Shown here in pieces: positions 39,868 to 48,827 of a stretch of 64,000 bases of DNA. The notes beneath the pieces are model-generated. The model worked only from the letters and a program-made list of their open reading frames with translations, did no database searches and was not told where the DNA came from. The DNA lies in IMG/VR virus record IMGVR_UViG_2802429351_000001, positions 1 through 64,000 of that record; one strand, written 5' to 3'. How positions within the stretch are numbered: the first letter of the stretch is position 1; each line of letters opens with the position of its first letter. The DNA is from a virus (lineage: Duplodnaviria > Caudoviricetes). The translations under genes were made by a program, and so were the position numbers.

Positions 39868-40344
39868 ATGACAAAGTTAAAAGGAAAAGAAATAGTAGAC
39901 AGTTACAACCTAGGAGGTGGAATGGTACTTATTAAATTTGCCGATGGGACATTCATTACTGTATATTCTGTATCAGATGTTTTAGAACCTTCTCAATTTG
40001 GTTTTGATGAGGAAGCCACAGAAGAGGAGGATGAAGATCCCGATGAAGAGGAGGAAGAAGAAGACGAAGACCCCGAAGAGGAAGAAGAAGAAGATGAGGA
40101 TGAAGACCCCGAAGAGGAAGAAGAAGAAGATGAGGATGATGAATTAACCGCTGAAGATCTTAAGGAAATGGACTTCGATGATCTAGAGGATGTGGTTGAT
40201 GACAATGAACTCGATATAGAGGTGGATGAATATGAAGATGATGAGGAATCCCTACGATACGAAGTAGCAAAAGCCCTAGGTATCAAATTACCAAAACCTA
40301 AAAAATCCAAAGGTAAAGGTAAGAAAAAAGGTAAAAAGAAATAA
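39868..40344 (+). CDS. Highly acidic protein with E/D repeats and Lys tail
   Basis: Repeated EDEDP(D/E)EEEEE units, ending KPKKSKGKGKKKGKKK. Confidence 0.7.
   Translation: MTKLKGKEIVDSYNLGGGMVLIKFADGTFITVYSVSDVLEPSQFGFDEEATEEEDEDPDEEEEEEDEDPEEEEEEDEDEDPEEEEEEDEDDELTAEDLKEMDFDDLEDVVDDNELDIEVDEYEDDEESLRYEVAKALGIKLPKPKKSKGKGKKKGKKK
40021..40140 (+). repeat. Imperfect tandem repeat encoding EDEDPEEEEEE
   Basis: Three gaaga(t/c)ccc-anchored units; the last two (gaagaccccgaagaggaagaagaagaagatgaggat) are identical. Confidence 0.8.
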
Positions 40345-40352
40345 ACCCGGTA

Positions 40353-40372
40353 GCCCCCTTTAATTAGGGGGT
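40353..40372 (+). terminator. Putative terminator hairpin
   Basis: GCCCCCT-loop-AGGGGGT followed by T-rich sequence. Confidence 0.55.
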
Positions 40373-40425
40373 TCATTTTATTTAACAAGTAAATTTTTAA
40401 TAATCATTTTTTAATAAATTTTATT

Positions 40426-40749
40426 ATGGCAAAAGCAAAAGCAGCCGCTAAGACGACTAAGAAAAAAGAAAAGAAAGAATCTTTTCTAAAAGATAACTAT
40501 GAAGCAGTTATCAATGATTACAATGGTATCAGAACAGATGTTATGCATATCCGAGGCTACGGATGTATAGTAAGGGATGTTAACAAGGAAACTGGGGCTA
40601 TGACATCCGTATTTGTACCTGGGGTAAAACCTAAGAAGAAAAAGGATTACAGATACCTTATCGTAGACAAAGGGCCTAAACCTAAAAAAGATAAAGGAAC
40701 TAAGGCTGCCAAAAGTAAAAAATCTAAAACAGAATCCAGTGAAGATTAA
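40426..40749 (+). CDS. Lys/Ala-rich hypothetical protein
   Basis: Basic tails at both ends. Confidence 0.65.
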   Translation: MAKAKAAAKTTKKKEKKESFLKDNYEAVINDYNGIRTDVMHIRGYGCIVRDVNKETGAMTSVFVPGVKPKKKKDYRYLIVDKGPKPKKDKGTKAAKSKKSKTESSED

Positions 40750-40894
40750 TCTGGATAATTATAAAGATTCTGAAAAGGCTGGTAAAATTATCAGCCTTTT
40801 TTCTGAGCTTAGTCCCGAGGACCAATCAAGGTTAAAGGGGGATTTGGTGGCAAACTCTAGGTTAGGTGGTAATGATATGACCATAAGCACATGA
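40739..40894 (+). CDS. Small hypothetical protein (not in ORF track)
   Basis: GTG start, 51 aa MKINLDNYKD...MTIST*; fills the gap, with ATGA overlap to the next gene. Confidence 0.4.
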   Translation: MKINLDNYKDSEKAGKIISLFSELSPEDQSRLKGDLVANSRLGGNDMTIST

Positions 40895-41145
40895 GATTAG
40901 ATATAGAAGATAAGGATGAATTGGTAGTCTTAGAGGCATCACTATTAAAAATGGTAGATGAGATAATAGTTTCTAAGACTACCATTGAAGTCCTTATAGA
41001 GAATAATGGTAAAGAAGGTTATCCCCCTTATAATAAAGATGACCTAGAAATTTTGGATCAAGAACTAAAAGATGCCAAGAAAACTACTATCTATTTAAAA
41101 GGCCTTATAGAAAAGGTCAATATTTTAAAGAAGGTAAATGGATAA
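40891..41145 (+). CDS. Hypothetical protein
   Basis: Coupled ORF. Confidence 0.55.
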   Translation: MRLDIEDKDELVVLEASLLKMVDEIIVSKTTIEVLIENNGKEGYPPYNKDDLEILDQELKDAKKTTIYLKGLIEKVNILKKVNG

Positions 41146-41848
41146 GAAATTTTACATAAGGTATAGGATTTATTCTCAGAAAGCAGAAAACGCGGATAGA
41201 AATTATCCTAAAAGATTATGTAAAAGTTTAACTAGACTACACCAGAATATAAAAGATGATAATCTTTTTTGGGAAAGAGAGTTCTCTAAAGAAAAACTTT
41301 ATATCAGAACTTTTATACCCAAAAATCTGGAACACATTAATTGCCAATACTATAAACTAATAAAATATATCACCCAATACTTCGGGTGTTATGCGATATG
41401 GCAAACCAAACTTATACCCGGGGCTATTAAACCTATAAATACTTTTGCTATTTCAGGTTATGGCCAAGACTTCTTACTAGCTTATCACTACACTACAAAG
41501 ATAATAGATAACCTTAATGATATGAGGTTCAATATGACTGCTGAGTTTCGTAGGTTAAAAATAAATAAAAGGAGAAGGGGAGAAAGCACCATACATGATG
41601 AGAACTCCCAAATTAAATCAAGTACATTTTTCTATGAAAGCCTAAAGGAAATAGAAAAAGTATTACTAGAAAACCTAGAGCAAAGGCCTACTTATGTAGC
41701 TGTAAGACTGAAAGAAGTATATACTGAGAAATATCTAAGAAGGTTAAGAGTATTACATTTTAGGCAGTATAACTATAAAGGTTTGCCTAAAATAGAAAAT
41801 GCTTTTTCCCGGGAAAATAAATTCCAAAATCGCAGGATAATCAGGTGA
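41138..41848 (+). CDS. Hypothetical protein
   Basis: 236-aa ORF; central part loosely resembles the C-terminal domain of 45651..46373. Confidence 0.6.
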   Translation: MDKKFYIRYRIYSQKAENADRNYPKRLCKSLTRLHQNIKDDNLFWEREFSKEKLYIRTFIPKNLEHINCQYYKLIKYITQYFGCYAIWQTKLIPGAIKPINTFAISGYGQDFLLAYHYTTKIIDNLNDMRFNMTAEFRRLKINKRRRGESTIHDENSQIKSSTFFYESLKEIEKVLLENLEQRPTYVAVRLKEVYTEKYLRRLRVLHFRQYNYKGLPKIENAFSRENKFQNRRIIR

Positions 41849-41868
41849 TCTTTTATATTTTATATTTG
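41844..41868 (+). promoter_or_regulatory. GGTG-N13-TATATTTG promoter 2
   Basis: Exact spacing; overlaps the upstream stop codon. Confidence 0.8.
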
Positions 41869-41889
41869 TATCAAATAATTAATTAAAAT

Positions 41890-42060
41890 ATGAAAATAAA
41901 ATCAATAACTACCTATGTAGAAGATTCTAGCGATAATGAAGATCATGATACAACCGTTAATAATTTTATAACTAGTGTAATACCTATAAAATTAACACAT
42001 AAAGCTTTTGCCCAAGGTTGTATGGTTTTAACCACTATAATAGAATATAACGAGATATGA
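41890..42060 (+). CDS. Small hypothetical protein (56 aa, not in ORF track), paralog of 58770..58961
   Basis: MKIKSITTYVEDSSDNEDHDTTVNNFITSVIP...; first ATG after promoter 2. Confidence 0.6.
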   Translation: MKIKSITTYVEDSSDNEDHDTTVNNFITSVIPIKLTHKAFAQGCMVLTTIIEYNEI

Positions 42061-42428
42061 AAAATCTAAAATTCCATTTTGATAAAATAGACTTCAGTGT
42101 TCAGGCTTTAGAAAATCTAAATAATGAATACCAAGGTAAAAAAACGGGAGAAGTTTACACTAAAAGGTTTCATTACCTACATGGTAAAATCAAATATCAC
42201 ACTAATAAGATTTTAAACTATGGTAAGGGTTTAATAGATAAATGGGATATTAAAACCGTAGATGATAAAAATATTATCCACCAATATTCTATTTATTTAC
42301 CCCATGAATTAACCATTGACCAGGTAACAAGGCTGGTAATGATCAAAACAGGACATTCATATGTCTATCAAATTACTATAGGCGATACCATTGAAACCGG
42401 AAGTTTAATTAAAAACTCGAGTTCCTAA
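42057..42428 (+). CDS. Hypothetical protein
   Basis: ATGA-coupled ORF. Confidence 0.6.
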   Translation: MKNLKFHFDKIDFSVQALENLNNEYQGKKTGEVYTKRFHYLHGKIKYHTNKILNYGKGLIDKWDIKTVDDKNIIHQYSIYLPHELTIDQVTRLVMIKTGHSYVYQITIGDTIETGSLIKNSSS

Positions 42429-42436
42429 GAATTAGG

Positions 42437-42443
42437 TACTATA
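42437..42443 (+). promoter_or_regulatory. TACTATA box (variant)
   Basis: Intergenic, 36 nt before the ATG at 42480. Confidence 0.4.
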
Positions 42444-42479
42444 TATAAATCACTAAGTATAATTAAAATCGCTAAAATT

Positions 42480-43025
42480 ATGGCAACAAAAATTAAAACC
42501 CTTGATGAGGCTAAAGAAGCCGTTAAAACTGAGAAAGGTAATGTGAAAGAAGCTAAAAAGGCTTTAACAGATTACTATAAAGAAAACAAATTAAAGAAAA
42601 CAGGAGATTATTCCGGGGACAAAAAACATTCTAAAAAAATAGCTAAATTGGAAAAAGAGGTAGAAAAAGCTTCAACCAATTTAACCAAGGCACAGGAAGC
42701 AGTTAAAGAACTTAAGCCGGCAGCCAGCAGTCGAACCAAATACGATTACCCGGATGATGTTGATACCCCGGAAAAACGTAAGAAGTATCGACAAAAAATG
42801 AGAGCCGAAGCCAATGGTGATAAACCAAAGAAAAAGAAAGCTTCAAAGGCTAAAGCCAAAAAAGAGGAAAGTCCAGAAGATACCGGATCAAATAAAAAAT
42901 CTTCTACTAAAAAGACCTCCTCTAAAAAGAAGCCGGCTAAGAAAAAGGTAACAAAGAAAAAAGTTACCAAAAAGAAAACCACTAAAGCTAAGGGTAAAAA
43001 GAAATCCACCCCCAAGGATGACTAA
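42480..43025 (+). CDS. Histone H1-like Lys-rich protein with KYDYP motif
   Basis: KKKPAKKKVTKKKVTKKKTTKAKGKKK; TKYDYPDD.DT.EKRKKYRQKMR. Confidence 0.7.
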   Translation: MATKIKTLDEAKEAVKTEKGNVKEAKKALTDYYKENKLKKTGDYSGDKKHSKKIAKLEKEVEKASTNLTKAQEAVKELKPAASSRTKYDYPDDVDTPEKRKKYRQKMRAEANGDKPKKKKASKAKAKKEESPEDTGSNKKSSTKKTSSKKKPAKKKVTKKKVTKKKTTKAKGKKKSTPKDD

Positions 43026-43061
43026 TTACCCCTAACTGGTGGGATACTTTAACTAACCTGT

Positions 43062-43094
43062 AAAGGGCATATCTTTAAATAGTATGCCCTTTTT
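43062..43094 (+). terminator. Rho-independent terminator
   Basis: AAAGGGCATA-loop-TATGCCCTTT followed by TT. Confidence 0.75.
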
Positions 43095-43114
43095 CAATTT
43101 TAATACTTTTCAAG

Positions 43115-43450
43115 ATGGCTAAACAAGAGAAACATAAAAAAATATTTGGACTAAATAAATTACCCGCTAAGGGTTATATCAAAGCCCTGGAAGAACAGGT
43201 AAAGGAACTCAAGGTAGAAAGGGGTAAGGACCAATCATACATTGAAGAGTTAGAGGATAGGTTAAGGGTTATAAAAGAATTAACGCCTGAAGAACTAGAG
43301 TGTATTAAGAAAAATAATGAAGTGATTCGATTAAGAAGTATAAAGAATAAACTAGAAAAGGACCTAAAGAAGTCCAGGGACGAATATAAAGAATTATTAA
43401 CTAAACATATACAACTTAAATTAAAATACGATGAAGAAACATCAAAATAG
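43115..43450 (+). CDS. Coiled-coil hypothetical protein
   Basis: Heptad-like, E/K-rich. Confidence 0.6.
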   Translation: MAKQEKHKKIFGLNKLPAKGYIKALEEQVKELKVERGKDQSYIEELEDRLRVIKELTPEELECIKKNNEVIRLRSIKNKLEKDLKKSRDEYKELLTKHIQLKLKYDEETSK

Positions 43451-43940
43451 GTCAGCAAACCGTAGAAACCAAAGAAAAGCAAATGCTTTCAATAAAAAAT
43501 TAAATTCTGGGTTCATTAAATTAACCGAGGAATTTGCATCAAAGTACTTTGAAATTGCTATGGATACAGATATCCCAAAACAAGAAAAAGAGGATAAATA
43601 CTTTGTAGAGCTTTTTAATAATTTTGATAAAAGATGGAGATATTATGTAAGATACCTTTTACATAATAATCGTAAGGATATAACCCTAGAAGTTGATAAA
43701 AGACAATCAGTCTTAAATAGTTTTAATGAATTTGCTTTAGAGTATATGGAGAAAACCGAAAAAAGAGATACTCCAGAAAATGTTATAGAAAGATATGGCA
43801 TAGAAAAGGTATCACTTGTACTTAATTCAATGGGTGTAAATACCCAGGCTAAAACCAAAGCAGGTTTACAAAAAAGAGTTGATGCTTTAAAACCCGATGA
43901 TGTGACGGTTCTAATAAAGGGTTTACATGGTGAATTTTAA
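43431..43940 (+). CDS. Hypothetical protein
   Basis: Overlapping ORF. Confidence 0.6.
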   Translation: MKKHQNRSANRRNQRKANAFNKKLNSGFIKLTEEFASKYFEIAMDTDIPKQEKEDKYFVELFNNFDKRWRYYVRYLLHNNRKDITLEVDKRQSVLNSFNEFALEYMEKTEKRDTPENVIERYGIEKVSLVLNSMGVNTQAKTKAGLQKRVDALKPDDVTVLIKGLHGEF

Positions 43941-43953
43941 TTTATTATATTTG
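43929..43953 (+). promoter_or_regulatory. GGTG-N13-TATATTTG promoter 3
   Basis: Exact spacing; GGTG lies inside the last codons of the upstream gene. Confidence 0.8.
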
Positions 43954-43975
43954 AATAAATTAATAAATAGAAATT

Positions 43976-44251
43976 ATGATTAAAGAATTTATTAGATATT
44001 TAGGTTATGGTGCTGTTACCTTATTCTATTTTACTAGTATATATGGCATGGTGCTATTTGTATTAGAGGTTAAAAATAAGGTTAATCTTTTAATGGTTTT
44101 AATAGGTATATTAATGTTATTAATACTTATAATCTCTATCATATTTATAGGTTATTGTATACTAGGTATAGTTGAATCCTCTTTAAATATATTTGATAAG
44201 GATGGTAAATTACCTATAGAAAAAATAAAAGATAAAATTCTTAATAAATAA
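43976..44251 (+). CDS. Two-helix membrane protein
   Basis: Two long hydrophobic segments. Confidence 0.6.
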   Translation: MIKEFIRYLGYGAVTLFYFTSIYGMVLFVLEVKNKVNLLMVLIGILMLLILIISIIFIGYCILGIVESSLNIFDKDGKLPIEKIKDKILNK

Positions 44252-44256
44252 CAATC

Positions 44257-44622
44257 ATGACCAGAATTAATTGTGGGATACCTCCAGCCGAATTAACAGA
44301 CAAACACCTATTAGCTGAGCATAGGGAGATAAAACGTATACCTAATACTATAAAATCGGGTAAAGCTAAGGTGGAAAACATACCCAGAGTATTTACATTA
44401 GGTAAGGGGCACGTTAAATTCTTCTATGATAAGCTTTATTATTTACATATAAGGTATGTATTATTATATACTGAATGCATAAAGAGGGGTTTTAAAGTTA
44501 CCTTTTATGGGGGTGCATTTGAAGGTTTACCTGACCACTTATATAGGGATTATTGTCCAACAACAGAAGATGAAAGAATCATCAGAGAGAGGATTAAATT
44601 GAGATTATCCGGTGTAAAATAA
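44257..44622 (+). CDS. denV: Pyrimidine-dimer DNA glycosylase (T4 endonuclease V family)
   Basis: MTRIN...P.EL.DKHLLAEHREIKRI, FTLGKGHVKFFYDKL.YL..RY......C..RGF. Confidence 0.92.
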   Translation: MTRINCGIPPAELTDKHLLAEHREIKRIPNTIKSGKAKVENIPRVFTLGKGHVKFFYDKLYYLHIRYVLLYTECIKRGFKVTFYGGAFEGLPDHLYRDYCPTTEDERIIRERIKLRLSGVK

Positions 44623-44635
44623 TAATTTATATTTG
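44611..44635 (+). promoter_or_regulatory. GGTG-N13-TATATTTG promoter 4
   Basis: Exact spacing; GGTG lies within the last codons of denV. Confidence 0.8.
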
Positions 44636-44658
44636 TATAAATTAAATAAAAAATAAGA

Positions 44659-45042
44659 ATGGTATTATTTGATAAATTAAGCCCAGCGCAAAAACAAATA
44701 ATTGTTGATATATCCCGTATTCAATTATCCTCATTACGTAGAATATATAATAATGAGCATTTAACCGATGATGACCTGGTAATGTTATTTATTTATAATG
44801 ATATTACTAAGGAGGATTTTATAGCCGAACTTGATATTAAAATCGCAAAAATAAATAATTTTATCAAGGACCCGGATTCTATTCAAAAAATGGATAAATA
44901 CGAGCTATCAATATATAAGCATATACTTTTTCAAATCGAGGATAATTATAAGGATAGGTATCCTCAGGCACTATCCTCTATATGGGAAAGGTTATTTATT
45001 TTAACTGATTTTAAAATTGATTGGCCAATGGCCTTAAATTAA
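44659..45042 (+). CDS. Hypothetical protein
   Basis: First ORF after promoter 4. Confidence 0.65.
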   Translation: MVLFDKLSPAQKQIIVDISRIQLSSLRRIYNNEHLTDDDLVMLFIYNDITKEDFIAELDIKIAKINNFIKDPDSIQKMDKYELSIYKHILFQIEDNYKDRYPQALSSIWERLFILTDFKIDWPMALN

Positions 45043-45048
45043 ATTATT

Positions 45049-45270
45049 ATGAAAAAAGGTGAGTGGGTAAAAACGGTATCCTCAAATATTAACCGTGTAA
45101 AGTATGACCAAGATAAACAGATATTATCTGTAGAATTTTTTAATCATATTATATATCATTATCATGATGTACCTGAAACAGAATATGCTATGCTTTTAGC
45201 AGCAGATTCAATTGGTTCTTATTTCGCAAGGAATATTAAAGACCAATTTGAATATACTAAAGAGGACTAA
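45049..45270 (+). CDS. KTSC domain protein
   Basis: VSSNI..VKYD..KQIL.VEF....Y.Y.DVP...Y..LL.A.SIGSYF..NIK..F.Y. Confidence 0.9.
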   Translation: MKKGEWVKTVSSNINRVKYDQDKQILSVEFFNHIIYHYHDVPETEYAMLLAADSIGSYFARNIKDQFEYTKED

Positions 45271-45311
45271 GCGATTTTTTCTGTATTTTTATTTATTAGT
45301 TAATTACACCT

Positions 45312-45339
45312 GAAAGACCCCAATAATATGGGGTCTTTC
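45312..45339 (+). terminator. Terminator hairpin
   Basis: GAAAGACCCCA-loop-TGGGGTCTTTC. Confidence 0.75.
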
Positions 45340-45350
45340 TCTGTTTATAT

Positions 45351-45375
45351 GGTGTTCTTTTAATTATTATATTTG
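45351..45375 (+). promoter_or_regulatory. GGTG-N13-TATATTTG promoter 5
   Basis: Exact spacing, just after a terminator. Confidence 0.85.
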
Positions 45376-45403
45376 AATAAATTAATAAATAAAATAAATA
45401 GTT

Positions 45404-45664
45404 ATGGCAAACATGAGTTATTGTAGATTCGAAAATACCCTATCTGATTTAAGGGATTGTTTAGAAGCATTCAAGGATATTAAACTTGATCCAGAATGCG
45501 AAGAAAATCAATTAAGTACAAGAGAATTAGGATCTCTTGTAGAGATGATAGATATCATGAGAGAATTCTCTGAGGAACTCATTGAAATAGATTTAGATCT
45601 AGAAGATGATATAACTAAAGAAGATTTAATAAAAGCATTACCTGGCATAGATGGAAAATATTAA
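45404..45664 (+). CDS. Conserved phage hypothetical protein (MSYCRFENT family)
   Basis: MANMSYCRFENTLSDLRDC. Confidence 0.7.
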   Translation: MANMSYCRFENTLSDLRDCLEAFKDIKLDPECEENQLSTRELGSLVEMIDIMREFSEELIEIDLDLEDDITKEDLIKALPGIDGKY

Positions 45665-46373
45665 AAAGAAAATAGCAGCTTTATTCAAGAAAGCAGAATC
45701 AGCAAAAGAGATAGATTCATTAGAAGAAGCCCAGGCCTTTATGGCTAAGGCCCAGGATTTACTAGCCAAATATAATCTAGAAAAATCCCAATTAGATTTA
45801 GATGATGAAACTATTAAAATAGAGCATGATGTATTCAACATGAGGGATAAATTTAAATGGCAAAAAACAGATGGTAATTGGTTAATTAGCCTTTATCATA
45901 CTGTATCCATATTTAACTTTGGTAAAATTGTAAAACATAACATGTATGAATTTACTATCATCGGTGAGCAGGCCAATATAGATATGATAGATTATATGTG
46001 TAGCAATATAATCCCAAAAATAAAGGAGTTAAGATTAAAGGCTTGGAAAGAATATAATGGGCCAGATAAATCCAATGCTTTTAAAAGGGGTTATTATAAA
46101 GGGGCTGTTAGTGGTATCTATTTTAAACTAAGGGAAATAAGAGAACAGGCCAAAAAGGAATACTCGGGTATGTCATCTCTGGTTATATCACATAATAGAG
46201 CTATATCAGAAGAAGCTAGTAAACTATTTAATACCATAAGAACGGGTAAAGCCCGAAGTTATTCATCTGAATCCGGTAGAGAATTAGGTTTTAGGGATGG
46301 TAAAAACCTAAACCTAAATAAAGGGGTCTCGGGTAAAAGTAAAACAAGTAGAACTTTAAAATTAGGACAATGA
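45651..46373 (+). CDS. DUF2786-family protein
   Basis: IKKKIAALFKKAES.....EEAQAFMAKAQDLLAKYNL; C-terminal AFKRGYYKGAVSGI. Confidence 0.75.
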   Translation: MENIKKKIAALFKKAESAKEIDSLEEAQAFMAKAQDLLAKYNLEKSQLDLDDETIKIEHDVFNMRDKFKWQKTDGNWLISLYHTVSIFNFGKIVKHNMYEFTIIGEQANIDMIDYMCSNIIPKIKELRLKAWKEYNGPDKSNAFKRGYYKGAVSGIYFKLREIREQAKKEYSGMSSLVISHNRAISEEASKLFNTIRTGKARSYSSESGRELGFRDGKNLNLNKGVSGKSKTSRTLKLGQ

Positions 46374-46726
46374 GAAAGGTATTAGCTTGGTTAGCAATAA
46401 CCAGTATAATAAGTTCAGGATATTTATTACAAAGGAATAGTTCTAGAGCTAGGCAGAAAGAATTAGAAGAGAATACAGTAGGACCCCCTAAACAAGAAAC
46501 TACCTATCAAGAAATCAGGGGCTACAACTATAATGAAGGGGATGGTTATAAATCCTACTCTGACGAGGAGATAAGGATGTTAAGAGAAAAACAGTCCTTT
46601 AAAAGTGAAGGTAGTTATATTTATACACCTGGTAGGCATGTACCTACCAGAGAAGAGGAAATTGAAAGATACCTAGAAGATAACCCAGATTTAATAGAAG
46701 AGATTTATGAAAAATACCGAGACTAG
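46370..46726 (+). CDS. Hypothetical protein with N-terminal signal/anchor
   Basis: MRKVLAWLAITSIISSGYLL. Confidence 0.6.
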   Translation: MRKVLAWLAITSIISSGYLLQRNSSRARQKELEENTVGPPKQETTYQEIRGYNYNEGDGYKSYSDEEIRMLREKQSFKSEGSYIYTPGRHVPTREEEIERYLEDNPDLIEEIYEKYRD

Positions 46727-47033
46727 TGATTGGGAGTTAAGATATTACTATAACTTTGGTAGAGATTATGATGTACTGGGTAATTATGGAAATAATAAGA
46801 CTTTAGCATTTGGTATGCGTAAGGTAAAAGCTAGGGAATCAAATTTCCCCCTACAAAGCCTAAAAGTAATTGATAAGGGGAAAGAACAGAAGAAAATAAA
46901 AAAGTTTGGATTGGTATTATCCCGATTAGACATAACACCTATTAGGAAAAGATTTTATAAGGATCTTAATAAGAAGCCTAAGAAAAAGAAAAAGCCTAAA
47001 AAGGTTAATAATGGGCAATTAAGGCTATTCTAG
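46707..47033 (+). CDS. Hypothetical basic protein
   Basis: Overlapping ORF with Lys tail. Confidence 0.55.
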   Translation: MKNTETSDWELRYYYNFGRDYDVLGNYGNNKTLAFGMRKVKARESNFPLQSLKVIDKGKEQKKIKKFGLVLSRLDITPIRKRFYKDLNKKPKKKKKPKKVNNGQLRLF

Positions 47034-47061
47034 TTCAAATTAGTTGTCAAACGGCTATTAC

Positions 47062-47086
47062 GGTGAATTATTATAAAATATATTTG
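47062..47086 (+). promoter_or_regulatory. GGTG-N13-TATATTTG promoter 6
   Basis: Exact spacing. Confidence 0.8.
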
Positions 47087-47130
47087 TATTATCAAATTAA
47101 AATAAATTATTAATTAAAACCATTTAGATT

Positions 47131-47481
47131 ATGGCAACTGTTAAAAAAGTAAGTAGTAAAGCTAAAACGTCCAAAAGTACAAAAGCTAAAGTAGGTAATA
47201 CCAAAAAGGTAACCAGAAAAAAGGTAAACAAAAAAGACCTTGATCAAAAGAATATCAAGGATACCGTTACCAAGGTAGTAGAGACCAAAAGGGAATTGAA
47301 ATATGATTACCCAAACGAAATGAAGGATACTCTTAAAAGGAAAAAATTTCGCCAAAAAGTTAGAAATAAAATCAATTCCTTCCAATTGCATTTACTTAAA
47401 TTGGATGAAAAATCCAAAGAATATAAAAAATTGGATAGGGAATATAAATCTTATAGGAAAGAGGTATTATTGGTACCTTAA
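47131..47481 (+). CDS. Lys-rich protein with KYDYP motif (paralog of 42480..43025)
   Basis: LKYDYPNEMKDTLKRKKFRQKVRN. Confidence 0.7.
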   Translation: MATVKKVSSKAKTSKSTKAKVGNTKKVTRKKVNKKDLDQKNIKDTVTKVVETKRELKYDYPNEMKDTLKRKKFRQKVRNKINSFQLHLLKLDEKSKEYKKLDREYKSYRKEVLLVP

Positions 47482-47552
47482 TCATATGGAAACTGTATTA
47501 GTATAAGGGGGTTGTATTTAATGGTATAATCCCCTTATTAATGTGTTATACC

Positions 47553-47577
47553 GGTGTTCTTTAATTTATTATATTTG
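47553..47577 (+). promoter_or_regulatory. GGTG-N13-TATATTTG promoter 7
   Basis: Exact spacing; nearly identical to promoter 5. Confidence 0.85.
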
Positions 47578-47611
47578 AATAACTAATAAAATAAAAAAAA
47601 ATATAGAAACT

Positions 47612-47887
47612 ATGAGTAATTTAAATCACGGGGAAATTAAAGATTCCAACCTATTACAAGAACATAGGGATTTAGTTGAATCATATCTTAATAATGAAAC
47701 TAAATTAGAACTAGAAGCTAAAAATAAGATACTAAAACTTTATGACCATTATTTACATAAAGATAATATCCGGTATTATATTAACCAACATGTTAAAGTA
47801 CTTATAGTACATATAGCCCAAGGTCAAGTAAAGAAAGCTGCTAAATACTTTCCTAAAGGATACCTAGAGGATGAGAATACTATTTAA
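47612..47887 (+). CDS. Hypothetical protein
   Basis: First ORF after promoter 7. Confidence 0.6.
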   Translation: MSNLNHGEIKDSNLLQEHRDLVESYLNNETKLELEAKNKILKLYDHYLHKDNIRYYINQHVKVLIVHIAQGQVKKAAKYFPKGYLEDENTI

Positions 47888-47904
47888 TCTAAAACACATA
47901 TAAA

Positions 47905-48099
47905 ATGGAAAATCAAACTAATTCTTTAAATCAAAAAGCTACATTATTCTATGCAAGATATGCATTTAAAACACAAGGCCTTAAAAAAGTTAAGGTTCAC
48001 TATGAGGGATTAATTGATAAATGCCCTGGTGATTTAAAACAAGGCTTAAAAGGTTTAGAGAATTTTAAATACATAAGGATATGGCAGAAGGCAATTTAA
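47905..48099 (+). CDS. Hypothetical protein
   Basis: Short ORF in operon. Confidence 0.5.
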   Translation: MENQTNSLNQKATLFYARYAFKTQGLKKVKVHYEGLIDKCPGDLKQGLKGLENFKYIRIWQKAI

Positions 48100-48407
48100 A
48101 TTGGGATTATGAAGGTTCGCCAAGTGGGCTTAAAAATAAAGCTCAAGAAATATTAAACCTTGCAAAGAAAAAAGAACTAAATATACCTAAAGGGTATAAA
48201 GCTATATGGGTTGATGGTCCCCTTAGAGCCAAAATAAGGAAAATAGTAAAAGAATAATATGGAAAGTCTTGGCGAATATAAGAATGATATTTATATATTA
48301 GCCCAAAGGGTTAATGAATTTAGGGATTGGTGGGATAATAAAGTTAAATCACCAAATCGGATATCAGAAAGTCAATATGTTTCACTTTTAACTAAAATGG
48401 ATTATTA

Positions 48408-48728
48408 ATGGTGATACATGATGCTAACTATATAGATAGGAAAGAGTTCTTAAGTATGGGCTATAATCATAATATTATGTTTTTGTTTATATTCTATAAT
48501 AATGAAATCCTAAATAAAAAACCATTCAATTTAGGCCCAGAATTAAATAGGGATTGGTTATATTCTAAAGAGTTTGAGGATAGGATAGACAACCTAGTAA
48601 AAAGGGGTTATATTAAAAAGGTATTCAAACCTTTCAAAAACCAATCTTACAAACTTTACTCAATTACACCTTATGGTTTAAAACAAGCAGAAAATGGCCT
48701 CAAAAATAAAATTTCAACCACAGCCTAA
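48408..48728 (+). CDS. Winged-helix DNA-binding protein (putative)
   Basis: RIDNLVKRGYIKK.......YKLYSITPYG wing pattern. Confidence 0.5.
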   Translation: MVIHDANYIDRKEFLSMGYNHNIMFLFIFYNNEILNKKPFNLGPELNRDWLYSKEFEDRIDNLVKRGYIKKVFKPFKNQSYKLYSITPYGLKQAENGLKNKISTTA

Positions 48729-48827
48729 ATTAGGGCCTCAACAACAGGTACTTTCCTTTATAGAGAAAAATTATAAAGGCCCTAAAAGAACACATCTCAT
48801 TAACTATTATAAAAACAACCCTATATC

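Noticed and set aside
39993-40388. Poly-Ser minus-strand ORF
   Set aside because: It is the reverse complement of the GAA/GAT acidic repeat.
42746-43015. Phe-rich 'membrane' minus-strand ORF
   Set aside because: It is the reverse complement of poly-Lys codons.
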